Below are positions 1 through 13,139 of a DNA stretch of 64,000 nt, piece by piece (position 1 is the stretch's first letter; the number at the start of each line of letters is the position of its first letter). Under the pieces are notes generated by a model. It saw only the letters and a program-made list of their open reading frames with translations, was not told where the DNA came from and did not search any database. Source of the DNA: Octopus vulgaris (Eukaryota); the NCBI GenBank assembly GCA_951406725.2, contig OX597817.1:117986001-118050000 (forward strand). The letters run 5' to 3'. The position numbers and the translations under genes were made by a program.

Positions 1-558
1 ACCATTATATGGATGAATGTGTGCGTTTGTGAAGAAAACAAAGAGAAAACCAAAACCGCTATCTTATGTATAAAAAAACTGATATAGTCAGTATTTAAAG
101 CACACACATTTACGTTTAAACACACACACACATACAGATATACACACACTGACACAATCATCTCTGACAGGTTTCAGATGAATCTCAACGCAGGAATATA
201 AGTTGAAAACATATGGTGGTACAGCGAGACGTGTCACTGGAGATTGCAAAAATGTGATGAAATAATTATTTGACAAATGAAAAAAAACATGACAACACGA
301 ACAATACTAAACATGTGAAAGATTTAGCTGTTTGAACAAAATGTTTAACATATGGGTTTGTTAAACTAGTAAAAAAAACGGCTGATCGATAAATTGGTTA
401 ACGGAGTAACTAAACCATTAATTAACAATAACAATAACGGATCGAACCAGTGCGTGTGTTTATTATTACCGGCATAGTGCTCCTCCCAAGGTTCAGTAGC
501 ATTTCTTTCAACACACGAATTCACATCAATAATCATGCAAACCGAGTACAAATACGAG

Positions 559-632
<74 letters not shown>

Positions 633-636
<4 letters not shown>

Positions 637-1215
637 TAATATTAAGGGATCAGCAAAAGAAATGCATCACCACATACCGAAGTTCAGAAATAGCAGCCAA
701 AATCTAAGCCATTTCTTCTACTTAAAAAAAGGTCTACTAGAGAAACCATAATACTTGAATCTTATTCATCCAGGCAAAGGGTATCGTAAAGAAAATCAAT
801 CAATATCCGATTATCCATAGACGCGCGTTTCGGAATTAAGTTTTAAATAAAGAATATCCAAAAATATAAACTTTACTAACCACATTCCTTCTCAGTATGG
901 ATTTTCTGCAATAATCCGAAGGTACTAAAACATTAGAACGACTCCTACATTGAAGGAGTTTATATTTTTGGATATTCCTTATTTAAAACCTAATTCCGAA
1001 ACGCGCGTCTATGGATAATCGGATATTGATTGATTTTCGTTACGATACCCTTTTGGCTGCTATTTCTGAACTTCGGTATGTGGTGATGCATTTCTTTTGC
1101 TGATCCCTTAATATTAGTATTACTAGAATTTACCGTATAACGGTCCTGTTTTCATACCGAATTCTACTTGGGAAATTTATTGATTACTTCGTAATTAATT
1201 AGTTTTACTCTTAAT

Positions 1216-1220
<5 letters not shown>
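633..1220 (-). mobile_element. Fold-back non-autonomous Penelope-like (pLTR) remnant with minimal hammerhead motif
   Basis: Left arms 633-702 and 776-872 are near-perfect inverted copies of the right arm 957-1120. The minus strand of 813-902 carries an HHR-like motif. The element sits between (TA)n tracts. Confidence 0.65.
813..902 (-). ncRNA. Minimal type I hammerhead ribozyme motif (one core nucleotide missing)
   Basis: Minus strand reads atccata-CTGAGA-a-ggaat...attcc-GAAAC-GCGC-GTC-tatggat. Stem I (atccata/tatggat) is perfect, stem II is ggaat/attcc, and helix III is minimal and palindromic. CUGAnGA lacks one nt. Confidence 0.6.
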
Positions 1221-1251
<31 letters not shown>

Positions 1252-2255
1252 TAGTGGAACCCGTGGAAATTCCACAGAACGAAAACGATTGAGAGGAGCT
1301 ATTTAAGAAAGAAAGGATGATTTTAATTTATATTTTTATTTTCATTTTGCTAAGTTATTTCACTTTCAGTCACAATAATATATCATATGATTTTAAAATT
1401 TCTCTCTGCTAAACACTATTTTTCTCTCATTCTCTACCACAAGAACAAACTTTTTAACCGTGTAATTCTTCTTTTCGTATCTTTAACAGTTTCTCTTTTT
1501 CTTCACCTCTCACTTTCACTAACCACATGCGTGACAGCATAATGCATCGGCTGGCTATCTGTTCTATCTTTCTTTCTCACATTCCCTCTTTCCCTCTCTT
1601 AGTCTACCTCCTCCCTCTAATTAACAAATTAAAGCGTAAAGTGTGAAATAACAGGTAGGAGAATAATACTACACATTTAGTTTGATTAAAAAATTGTTCT
1701 CTCTACCAACACACCACCACAATAACCATCATCATTGTCATCACTATGTTTCATTAACAATGCTCGTTTCATTTCATTTCAGATGAGCCATTTTTTTTAT
1801 ATCTACTTTTTCTTGCTGTCAATGTAACTCTATTCTGACAATACAAACACTATCGGCTTCTCTGTCTCTCTTTCTCTCTCTCACTCAGTGTAACTGCCTC
1901 CTTTGTCCATCTCTCTCTCCATCTACCTTTCTTTAACCTTAGCACCAGAACATGACCTTTTGCTACATATTTTATAGTAAATATATTTCTTCCTCTTTAC
2001 CTTTCATTCCCCATCCTACAGTGCGTCGTTAAAACTTCACTTTCCCCCTTTTCTCTCGCCGTCTTTTTCTCTTGCTCATCGTCTCCTCCTTTCAACTAAC
2101 TTCGTAACGTATTTGACCTTATTTCTCAACTCCTTCCTCACTTCTTTCTTCTCTACTCACACTCCTCCCCTCTCTCACGCTTCCTCCGCCTCTCATTCAC
2201 TGTACTTCCACCTCTCGAACTAATTCATTACGGGCGAAAAAACTATCAGATAGTA

Positions 2256-2326
2256 TTTATTCTTTATTTTTTTTTTCATTTTATCTAGTTTCAGCTCACG
2301 AGCTGTGGCCATGCTGGGGCACCGCC
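2256..2326 (-). mobile_element. Extremely 5'-truncated CR1-group LINE 3' end with A-rich tail
   Basis: Minus strand ggcggtgccccagcatggccacagctcgtgagctgaaactag closely matches the LINE 3' end at 43757-43797. Confidence 0.75.
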
Positions 2327-2427
2327 ATTTATATATATCAAGTGTCGAACAGAAAGAACTCAACAAGGAGAAAACTAGAAACTTGATGAAATTTTAACGG
2401 GCAAGAATTTTTGACAAAGACACGATA

Positions 2428-2560
2428 ATTGAGTTCTAGATTTAAGAGATGAGGAATTATGTATATTATGTACGTTATTTACAATTGATGGGTATATGGC
2501 GTAGTGGTTAAGAGCGCGGGCTACTAACCGCAAGATTCCGAGTTCGATTCCAGGTAGTGA

Positions 2561-2608
<48 letters not shown>

Positions 2609-2761
2609 CAACAACAACAACACCATCGAAAAAACCTTAGGAATGAGAACCCAGGTTCGAAATTACCCCAAGATACCTGATGAAGGCTTGATGGTATATC
2701 AGCCGAAACGTTTGTTAACAAATAAATGAGTGCAAATATCGCAATTGTAAATAGCGTAAAT
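2428..2761 (+). mobile_element. tRNA-headed, hammerhead-containing SINE/retrozyme-like element with inverted terminal segment
   Basis: 12-bp TSD aaagacacgata at 2416-2427 and 2762-2773. A-box tggcgtagtggtt at 2497-2509, B-box gagttcgattcc at 2540-2551, (AAT)n(AAC)n spacer, then CTGATGA 2677-2683 / GAAACGTT 2705-2712. Segment ~2466-2487 is the inverse of ~2742-2763. Confidence 0.75.
2672..2716 (+). ncRNA. Minimal hammerhead ribozyme motif
   Basis: CTGATGA-a-ggc(t)tgat-ggtat-atcagcc-GAAACGTT. The core boxes and stem II are intact, and palindromic AACGTT stands in place of helix III. Stem I is weak in this copy. Confidence 0.6.
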
Positions 2762-3577
2762 AAAGACACGATAGACAGAATATTCGCAGCTGAGTCTTCT
2801 TTGTCAGTCAATGACAAAAAAATATCATAGTGATTTCACGTCGTTACCATTGAGAACTCCCAGTTTTGCAGCGCCGGTGTTATTATTAAACTACTGGAAA
2901 AGGCTAGCGATTGTATACTAAACCAGAAACAAACAAGTCATAACATAAATGTAACAGACATAGAATTATACATATATAACAGTACGAAGCCTTACAGCTA
3001 TATACAACTGTAGAGAAATAATAATAATCATACATATATCGCAAATACAACAGAAAGAACTTTGCAGCTATCGAACGAACTTTGTAGGGTTGCGTAAAGA
3101 TGAAATGGAGTAAGCCCTAGAGGACGTAGCAGAAACCCAGACCAGCAAAGCGCAGTTTGGTCAAAGGCAGGGCGAAAAAGAACAACACTGCCTTCGCCGG
3201 ACACCTGTCACGTGGTATGGAAGAGGTAGCGTTGCGACGGGGAAAGAGGTGGCGGCAGAGAGGGAACGAAGGACCAGAGGGGTTAGAGAAACAGAGAGAG
3301 AAGTAAAAGGTACAAGGAAGGCAAGCAAGGGTGGAGAATAAGTTAAAGTAAGAGTAGAGGGGGAAAGAGATAGAGTAAGAGGGAAAGAGGGCGAGACAGA
3401 GAGAGAGAGAAAACGAAAAATAAGCGTTGAGACAGGGAAAGATGGGACAGCAGAGAGAGAACAAGGGAGCAGAAGGATTAGAGAAACAGAGGGAGAAGAG
3501 AAGGGTACAAGGGAGGCAAACAAGGGTAGAAAGAGAATAAAGTTGGAGAAACAGATAGAGTAATAGTATAGGTGGTA

Positions 3578-3848
3578 TGTATGTATGTATGTATATGAAT
3601 GTAGGTAGGTAGTAGGTAGGTAGGTAGGTAGGTAGGTAGGTAGATAGGTACGTAGGTACGTAGGTAGGTAGTAGATAGGTAGGTAGGCAGGTAGGTAGTT
3701 AGCTAGGTAGGTTGGTACGTTGGTTGGTAGGTTGTTAGGTATGTAAGCTGTACCCTTTCCATCTGACTCAGAAAAAAGCATTACTAACCTAGTTGTAGCA
3801 CGAAAGGAAGGAAGGAAGGAAGGAAGGAAGGAAGGAAGGAAGGAAGGA
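3578..3848. repeat. (GTAT)n/(GTAG)n/(GAAG)n microsatellite cluster
   Basis: Tandem tetramers are directly visible. Confidence 0.95.
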
Positions 3849-4589
3849 AAGCACTTTAAGGTGTCATCCATTAAGACAGAAAACGAAAATTAAAGTCTGT
3901 CTTCAACAAAATCTTCAATCGTAAATGCAGAGTAAGAGAAACTGATCTTGGAATAAGTCGCAGTGGAGGTGGTGTCATGTAGAGGAATTGTGTATGAGAG
4001 AGAGAAATATACTATTCTATTCATGCATTCGATCTTTTCAAATTCTAGTAAATTCTCATACGTTTCATACAATTTATTGGTATACTTCTAACATGATATT
4101 TGTGACAACTCCACAGTGATAGTCATTCAGATTAAAGGCAGTATTCGGAATTGATCGAGTTTAATAGTAGCTTCTGTAGATATATTACTGTAGTTTCAAC
4201 AAATTAGATTATTTCAAATCAGATATGATTAATTTATCGATTCTCTTCAGGCTTCGAAACAAACTCCACGTTTATAAACAGAGATATATAGATGGCACAG
4301 ACAGTAAAAAGTTGAAATACATGCTGAACTGTTTGATGTTTCTGACGATGTGGTAGTATATGGTCGACACTAAAATATTGAATAAAGGCAATCTTAGCAC
4401 ATGTAAATACCTATCATGGTAAGAACAAGAGAGAAATGCAAAATAAACTCCTATATGATTGTGTACTGTATCTATAAAAAAAGCATGAATATCTCTGAAC
4501 GCAAGTAAAATGGAGCAAATATATGTAGATGATATTTCTCATTTAAATGGAAATGCTTTTACAGTTATACATATTTTGTCATACATAAG

Positions 4590-4625
<36 letters not shown>

Positions 4626-4732
4626 GTAGGGAGAGAGAGAGAGAGAAAAAGAAAGACAGAGAGAGAAATTGATACAGATAGACAAGCTTGGTCTTGATAT
4701 ACAAGATATACACATATATATATATATATATG

Positions 4733-4763
<31 letters not shown>

Positions 4764-4989
4764 CCATATATATATAAAGAGAGAGAGATAGAGAGAGAGA
4801 GAAAGATAGACATACAGATAGACAGATCCAATAGACAGACAGGGACTGGGCGAGAAACAAAAACAGAAATTATTCGGATGACCACTCATGTATACCCTTG
4901 TAGATCATTGTATATTTATAAAACAAATTTGCATGATGGATAAAGTATAAACAATTCTAAGAGACGAAGCCATAGTAATTCCAGATCTA

Positions 4990-5990
4990 CAGCTGTTTCT
5001 GAGGGCTTGGAATTCCGTAATTGTTGTACTGCTCAGAATTAAGAAATTCAAGGATATGCAACCAACAGAGGATGCATATAAGCGTCGCCGTAAAACTGGC
5101 CTCCATTGTCAGGGTGGGAAGATGGATTGTGTGGGTTAAATTACCTTGACTTTTCCTCTTATATGTTGCTCTCAATGTAAATGTGTTTTGTAAACATAAA
5201 TAACTACATATTTGAATATTTTCAGTTGTTGCCACCCACTACATATAAATCCCTATATGTTTTTACATGAGTCTATTTTACATATCAAGCACATGCATGT
5301 ATCTCTGCATCACTGTCTCCATATTTGATCACTTAGAATTTTCTTGTAGCTAGTTATCGACTTCACTACAGCGCAATGATTTATAAAAAATATGAGAAAG
5401 TTTTGTTAGACCATGAGCTGACAGAATCGTTAACTACGCCGGAAAAAATGATTGAGCATCGTTTCGTCTGTTTTAACGTTCTGAGTTCAAATTCCACCGA
5501 TATTGGTTTTCATACTCGTCTAGATGTTGTACCCACATTGATCATGGAATACGAAATGGTCGACGACTCCCTGCTCCAGAGCTCTTGGATCATTTTTTGC
5601 ATCTGGGATGTCTTCGATCAACGTCATAGTTATCAATATCCGATCTAGAGCTCGTGAAACTGCAGACACGGAAGCAGGTAGCATTCTGGGTAATGCTGCC
5701 TCTAAATCCCTATCCGTCTGTTGAATGGTTGCAAGTGAGTTGGCATCAATAATCACCCGAAGCTTGACTCGCATTTCCTCATAAACCTTAACGCGGTGAG
5801 CACCTCCTCTGGGCAACTTGTAGCTCCTCCCAGACCGTAGTAATGTCGCTACTATGGATCGCGTACAACTCCTTTTAATGCCAAGTGTGTCTGCCAGTTG
5901 CCGGTAATCGGTTTGATGCCCCTCGAAGGTCTCAACCACACTTGCCCTATCGTCTACCGATATATGCATGTACCTTCCGCGTGACTGCAT
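4990..5990 (-). pseudogene. Degenerate Tc1/IS630-like transposase
   Basis: ORF 5520-5990 has the N-terminal HTH pattern (ISVDDRASVV...RQLADTLGIKRSCTRSIV...LPRGG). A decayed (L)PAYSPFLN-like motif (LVAYP/FLNSEQ) lies near 5030-5070. A SINE fragment interrupts it at ~5412-5515. Confidence 0.55.
5412..5515 (+). mobile_element. tRNA-derived SINE fragment (family of 35697-35905)
   Basis: gagctgacagaatcgttaactacgccgg...acgttctgagttcaaattcc matches the copies at 9764, 35697 and 36794. Confidence 0.7.
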
Positions 5991-6879
5991 GATTACAATT
6001 TGGTGTATGAGAAACGGATATAAAACGCAACTAATACCGACCAGTTCGTGGACAGAAGAATGACGTAATTTATTTCTTCCGGGTAGCTATAACAGCATAA
6101 TAATATTATTTAATCTTTCATTTTTAACATTTACTTCTTAGAATGTGAGTAAAACAGAGATGTAAATTTAATGAACTTATTTCCGAACTTGAATGCTCAT
6201 ATGCGAAAAGATGCTTCCTCTCATTGCGAGTAATTTGAAAACTCCCGACGGGCATTTTATATAGAAATGCTAAAGTAAATGCTAAATTCTTTGCTCGCGA
6301 AACTGATGACTAAATTCTTGTACCAATTTCTTTTTCGCGACTTTGAATAACCTGATTACCAAAGTTAGTGACAAACGTACTATCATAACTGCAAAAACCT
6401 AAATTTTTTTAATGTTCCGGTTAAACCTTGATTTCATCACACATTGTCTAAAATTCTTGTGTGTGTGTGTGATCGTATTTTATCTGCGTCTATGTAAATT
6501 CGTGTGCAAACGTAACGAAATGGTTGCGGATATATGTTTGTGTGTATAAGATATAATCTCATAACGTGCATTTCGAAAGTCCTATAGGGTTACAGTAGGA
6601 TTAAGCTTTTTACAGGAAATACATGTGGAAATCCATTAGTGTATGCAGAGTTTACATAAAAATTACAAAACAAGAAAAAGTACATGGGGTCCAGCAGTGC
6701 TGTCAAGGCCATTCATTAGATGATATGCAGGTACGCAGCTTCAACTGGAACATCCATTTAGACAATATTTATGCAACAATATAATATAGCAAACTTAGCA
6801 AGTAATAGCAATTACCAATGCACAGAAACAACTGTGGTAATTACTTATTAATGTCTGATCATTCCATCTTCTCGTTATA

Positions 6880-6988
<109 letters not shown>

Positions 6989-7490
6989 GTTGTGTGTATA
7001 TGAGGTCTCAGGTATGAGTATGATCGTATGCCACATAGATACGGTATAATGTATTGTTTATAAAACAAAATATTATGCACACATACAGTGAAAGAGAGAG
7101 ACAGAACTAGAGAGACAGAGACAGAGAGGCAGAGAAAGTGATAGGTAAAGAGTGGTAGAATAAAATGAAGGAACAATAAATAATACTTCTTCTACAAGAT
7201 AATGCAAGGGAAAAAAGTAAACTTGCCATAAATCTTTAGCAATGGGATTGCGGATTATATATCAAGGGGAAAATAAATGCGTTGCTACCGTATAACTTCC
7301 TGCTGAACGTTAGGTAAAGCTTGCATGACAGTAAGCAGGTATATGGAGTGTTTTCCTATATAAATGTGTGGTAATATATTATCGAAAATTATGATTAAGA
7401 CTTTCCTTTATATGCGAGTGTGTGCATGTCTGTGTGTGTGTGCGGCGTGTACGCGCGTAAATGTGTATGTGTGTGTGTGTCTGTGTGTGT

Positions 7491-7565
<75 letters not shown>

Positions 7566-8436
7566 AAAAGTTGCGGTACATTATAGATTAATCTTTTCAG
7601 AAATGTATTCAAAATTTTACTTTTAGCTTTAGGTAACATTACCAAGGATAAAATTAGGAATTCAAATTCACTGAAGTGACAATGAAGGAACTCTAAAAGG
7701 CATGTCATCATTTCACTAAGTTCATATATTGTTTCTGAAATAAATGGCAATGGTTTGATATATTTTCAAGTAAACCCCAATTAGTTGCCGTTTATTTCGA
7801 GATTACTGTTTGTTAAACTATGCGAAAGAGAAATATGTAAATAAACAGATCAACATACAGACGGATAGGTACATAGGTTACAAGAACAGACACATATAGA
7901 GACACGGATCCACACATATAAAGATGCACATCCATACATACAAACATGGTACGTAGCTACATAACACACATACAGATATGCACACACAAGGAGACAGAGG
8001 TGCATACATATGCAAACACATGCTCACACACACATACATAAAAAATACACAAACACGGACAGGCAAGCACATAAATATGCAAGATACGTACATAGAAATG
8101 CACACACATACATACATATGCATATACACACATATATACATACATACACATACAAACACACACACATACATACGTACATGCATGCATGCATGTATAGGCA
8201 CACACACACAGACAAACCTACACACATGCGCACAAACAAACAAAATAACGGCCTGAGTCAAGACTATTGAAAGGACCACAGATGAGATCACAGAAGTGTG
8301 ACGAAAGAACTCTGGCCGAAATAAGATTAAGATTAATGTAAAAATTAAATAAACAAAGCTGAAGCAACTTAACACCAAATATATATTGCGTGTGTTTTTA
8401 TTGGCTAAACTGGCAACATGACCGTTCCTAAATACG

Positions 8437-8484
<48 letters not shown>

Positions 8485-9763
8485 GAAATTATTGTATACA
8501 GTGCTCAGATGTATCACAACTTGTCAAAAGTTCGTATAAAACATATGCAGTAATGTAGAAATGTCTGAAAACTGAACAGTGTATGAGCCAGATACTTGCG
8601 TGTAAGTGGGCAAAGAAAACGAAAGAAAAGGGAACTCATCACACTTAGTATGGGTTATGCATTATTACTTAAGACAGAATCAAGCTATTTTGAGAAATAC
8701 ACCCACACACACTCGCACGCACACACATACACACACACACATATGCAATTTACCATGACTTTCAGTCTACACACATATGTATGTTCCACCTGATACACTA
8801 TCTATAGGATACCCATATATGGAGAGTTGAGCTCTTATGAGAAAATGAAACGTCACTCACACTCGGATATACTCTGTAAGAAATCACTCTGACGGGTACA
8901 TTCCTTCTCAACTACTGTCCTTAAAACATCATTGATTCCTTTCCTATTACTGTTACATATCAATAAAGAAATCGAATGTATTGACAATAATATATGCGTT
9001 TAATGGAGTCTAAATATGTATTCTTAGCATGTAGTTGAATATACTCCCCAGTCCATATTTTAAACACGTCAATGTCAGTTATGATTTATGAGCATCACCC
9101 CATTTCTGCATGGAATAACGCCAATATGTCATCAAGTTTATATCAAGGATCATCTTATTATAACGTAAAAATTAGAATATTAAGTAGAATCCATGCGAAA
9201 AATTTCATGCGCAAACTATATTGTGATACATTAAAGGAACCGCTTGCGACACATTAATTACAATTTTGCAATTATTTCACTGTTTCTTTTTTTTTCTGTA
9301 GCGTTCATACGAGGGCTATTATTCATTTTACATACATCCTATCATTTTTGAGATTAATGTGTACATTAATAATCATAGAGACCAGAAACACACCACATAG
9401 ACACAATATTCATATAATAATGCATCGTTAATATCTGATTATATATGGGGATATTTTATGAGCTTACAGAGGAGTACTTAACAAAAGCGATATTTTGCGC
9501 AGTGATATGCATTTATCATCTAATTTCTTTCTTCTTTGAAATACGTATTTTTGAAAAAACTAAATTTAACAAATATACGCTCAATTTAATTGCAGACATT
9601 TCGTTTCTTTACACCTCTGAATTTCTAATGGTATAAAACACAAATATCACCTGGTATGGAGTCGGTGGTGAAGAAAATGCCGAAGGCTTATATTGTTTGT
9701 TTTCATAGCAATAATCTTTAATAGCTTATGGTGTCATCAACCATTTAATATTCGCTAGTGTAA

Positions 9764-9965
9764 GGAGGCGGATTGGCAAGAATCATAAGCAAGTTGGACA
9801 AAATGCTTAGCAGGTTTTCGTCCGTCCTTACGTTCTGAGTTCAAGTTCTGCCGAGGTCGACTTTGCTTTCAATCATTTCGGTGTCCAGTTAAACACTGAG
9901 GTCGATGTAATAAACTTACACCTTCCCACAAAATTATTGGCCTTGTATCAAAATTTGAAATCAAT
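9764..9965 (+). mobile_element. tRNA-derived SINE with Nin/Deu-like central domain
   Basis: B-box gagttcaagttc followed by ccgaggtcgactttgctttc..., then gtcgatgtaat and tail ggccttgtatcaaaatttgaaa. Confidence 0.7.
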
Positions 9966-11510
9966 ATCAGTACAAAGTGTCAATGTATTTAGATACTAAT
10001 TTTCTGGCGCAAATGAATGACAGAATCTTCCGATGACATTTTGTAAGCCTTCTAGGAACTTATCTTTAGGGGTGAAATTTTAGAGAACGGGCAAGAGGGG
10101 ACTCAACTAAATATATATAATTGCGAAGTGGGGGTAATGAACTGAATAATGGGTTAAGAACGTCGTTCGGTTCACCAATCCTACAAGGGACAATCTGATT
10201 AGCTTACGCAGTTTCCATACAGATTCCGTTCGCCAACATTATTTACATTCATTAGGTTGACACAATCTATGACAGAAGACATTTTCCCAATTTGCCGCGA
10301 CGAAATCATGAACCCATACTGCAAATCAAATATATTAAATACAATAACAAACCTATTCCCATTATAAATGGTTAAGAAGAATATCCATTCATTATGTTAA
10401 ATTAACGATTTTAGGTATAATAAACATTTGAATTTTACAAGCCAGTTTCAGGGTCATAGAGAAAATGTTCTCATATGTTCGTTATATATATATATAAATC
10501 TATTGAATTATGCATTGTAAACTATATGATGACATAATGAATGTTTAATTTTTAGATGAAATAACGAGACACTTGAAGACAACAAGACGCTGGAGCCAGC
10601 GATCACAAATCTCCATAGTTGCTCGACCGGCATTCATTGGAGATGCATATTTTGTTTTGAAAATCTCATTTTCGAACTGTTTTCAATAAAGAAGAGATGG
10701 TTCAGGATGTTGTATTCTTGAATACAGTTAACCCAGTAAATTGAAACAGAAACCAACTACAGTTCCTCAATAAAAAAGCACATATGACTACATTGTTAAA
10801 AGGTCCGCTTCACTCATATTGCTTCAGGTTCAATTCTAGTGCGTTGCACTTTGAGCAAGTACGAGCATATGTACAAGTCGCGTCAACGAATATTTTGCGG
10901 TCGAATCTGGTAAACGCTAACGGTGCGCAAAAATATTATATGTGAAAATATGTGTATATATGCATTTATGTTAGTATGTTGCTTAACTGCCGTATTTCTA
11001 GTGTCAGAATATTTCCTTCAATTTTGTCCTATTTGTACTCCTACAACTAAACGCACTTTTGTAATAAATGCATCCGCTTTGCTATTGCTTCGTATGCTTA
11101 CTTTATCCTCACCATCACAACTGTCATAATCATCATTCCCACATTTATCATTGACATCATCACAATCATCTCTATTATCTTCAACTCAATTTCTGTCCTT
11201 ATTGTTTCTTCCACCATCAGAGTTATTCCATTCTTAGCAGTAACATCACAATTATCATTGTCACCATTATCGTCTCTACAGTCACTATACCTGCCTTTAC
11301 TTACTTAACTGCCCATAACTATATAACGACTACTTTTATAAATCAGTTCTTGATATGTTCTCGTACGGATGACGATGAGCTTTGTTTGATCGGTGTTTTA
11401 ATAACACAAAAAACATATTTTCAATGAATCATATGCTAATTTATACATACAGAACGATAAATGGATAGAAACAAACACACACACACATATACATGTACTA
11501 ATATATATAT

Positions 11511-11926
11511 ACTCTTTACTCTTTACTCTTTTACTTGTTTCAGTCATTTGGCTGCGTCCATGCTGGAGCACCGCCTTTAGTCGATCAAATCGACCCCGGA
11601 ACTTATTCTTTGTAAGCCCAGTACTTATTCTATCGGTCTCTTTTGCCGAACCGCTAAGTGACGGGGACATAAACACACCAGCATCGGTTGTCAAGCAATG
11701 CTAGGTGGACAAACACAGACACCCCCCCCACACAAATACACACACATATATATATATACATATATACGACAGGCTTCTTCCAGTTTCCGTCTACCAAATC
11801 CACTCACAAGGCATTGGTCGGCCCGGGGCTATAGCACAAGACACTTGCCCAAGGTGGCACGCAGTGGGACCGAACCCGGAACCATGTGGTTGGTTAGCAA
11901 GCTACTAACCACACAGCCACTCCTGT
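11511..11926 (-). mobile_element. Full-length tRNA-derived SINE (CORE-like segment, internal microsatellite, CR1-type tail)
   Basis: Minus strand: A-box tggctgtgtggttag, B-box ggttcggtccc, caccttgggcaagtgtctt, internal (TA)/(TG)n, and tail ggcggtgctccagcatggacgcagcc...gaaacaag(taaagag)n. Confidence 0.85.
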
Positions 11927-13139
11927 ACGTATATATACGTACGCACATTGATAAATACGTACACACATATCTACACACGTACACATTTATACTTCCGATA
12001 TTTTACCACAACACAAAAGTTAACGAGTAAAATATCTTTAAGGAATTACGCACACGCTGCTATCGCTGCTTGTCAACATATGCAACACTTAAGAAGACAT
12101 CGGAAATGAAATTGTGTGTTTCCCAGCAATCAGCTTCTGTGTCGCTCATCTGCAATTTTCTGAAGCAAAGAAACACACCAACAAAAGAACACTTCCAAGA
12201 TGTCAGCATTATCTCATCTTGATTCCTTTAGATGTAAGCGATAGTAACGTGTTATTAAACACACATACTTAAAATATACGCTTCGTGTATTTTCCCGTGA
12301 ATTCAATACCCTGGTGGAGTATATACACTCTCAATGCACCCGAGTCATGGACAGGCGAGGTAATTCGCCTTCAACCCCATAGGAAAGGGATGAACATCCA
12401 TGTTTTTGTCATTTTTGTGGCTTAGCAACATCACGTATCCCCCAGGAAAGAAAGCAAGACACCTAGGCAGTCCACGACTTACAGGCTCGTGGCTTGTAAA
12501 ACCATGTTCTGGCATGCCGGAAATTGCGTGTTTTGCGATATTATCATCCTAGAGCTGCTTTTATTTCATAGGTAACAAAATAATTCTCAAGATTTGAATC
12601 TGACTGAGCAGAGATGTGAAGACCATGTCAATGCAATCTTACCAAAACAACAAGTATTTTATAAATGTTTTGACGTCAGGTGGTACTTAACACATATTCT
12701 TGAGGGTGACTAAAGCAAGAAAAAATAATGAAGAAGATAGAGACGTATCAATGGCTTCCTGTCGGCTTAACAGAGATAAATGAAATGTTACAATTAAGAT
12801 ATACATAATCTTCCCCTACATTCAGCTGCTCCGGCATTGTTGTCTGCAAAACATTGAAATATCGGTTACATATATAAAAAAATCAACGACACGGAAATGT
12901 ACTTCGGTTTCAAAACACATTAATGATAATTATCCCTTTTGAAATATTTTCTTCAGAGATCTAAACAGAAATCAGTTAATTGAATATGCACATACACTCA
13001 TTTTCTCGGGCTTATACAGCTGGACGTAATTGATGATACTCTCATAATCTTTGTGTAATAAAGAGAAATACATGAAGCAATAAATATATAAATATTTTGC
13101 ATTCTCTCTCAAATGCTTCGTTCAGAGTTTCCACATAAC

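Larger units (their letters stand above)
2337..2870. repeat. Interspersed repeat (unclassified), split by the 2428-2761 insertion
   Basis: caagtgtcgaacagaaagaactcaacaagg (2339) and attcgcagct..gtcagtcaatg (~2782-2813) match the reverse complement of 43850-44020. A related copy lies at 13530-13655. Confidence 0.55.
1251..4284 (-). mobile_element. Probable non-autonomous Helitron with nested insertions
   Basis: 3' CTAG at 1251-1254 next to (TA)n, with hairpin cgtggaa-a-ttccaca (1262-1276). A candidate 5' end A|TCTCTGTTTATAAACG at ~4284 resembles the autonomous A|TCTATATATAAACGG. The 5' end is uncertain. Confidence 0.45.

Noticed and set aside
160-245. Hammerhead on the minus strand (GAAAC-CT-GTC-agaga)
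   Set aside because: The CUGAnGA box is not recognisable (ccagtga); too decayed to call.
2497-2565. Functional tRNA gene (also considered for 11850-11926 and 31770-31842)
   Set aside because: No proper acceptor stem or terminator; each runs straight into a repeat body, so they are SINE heads.
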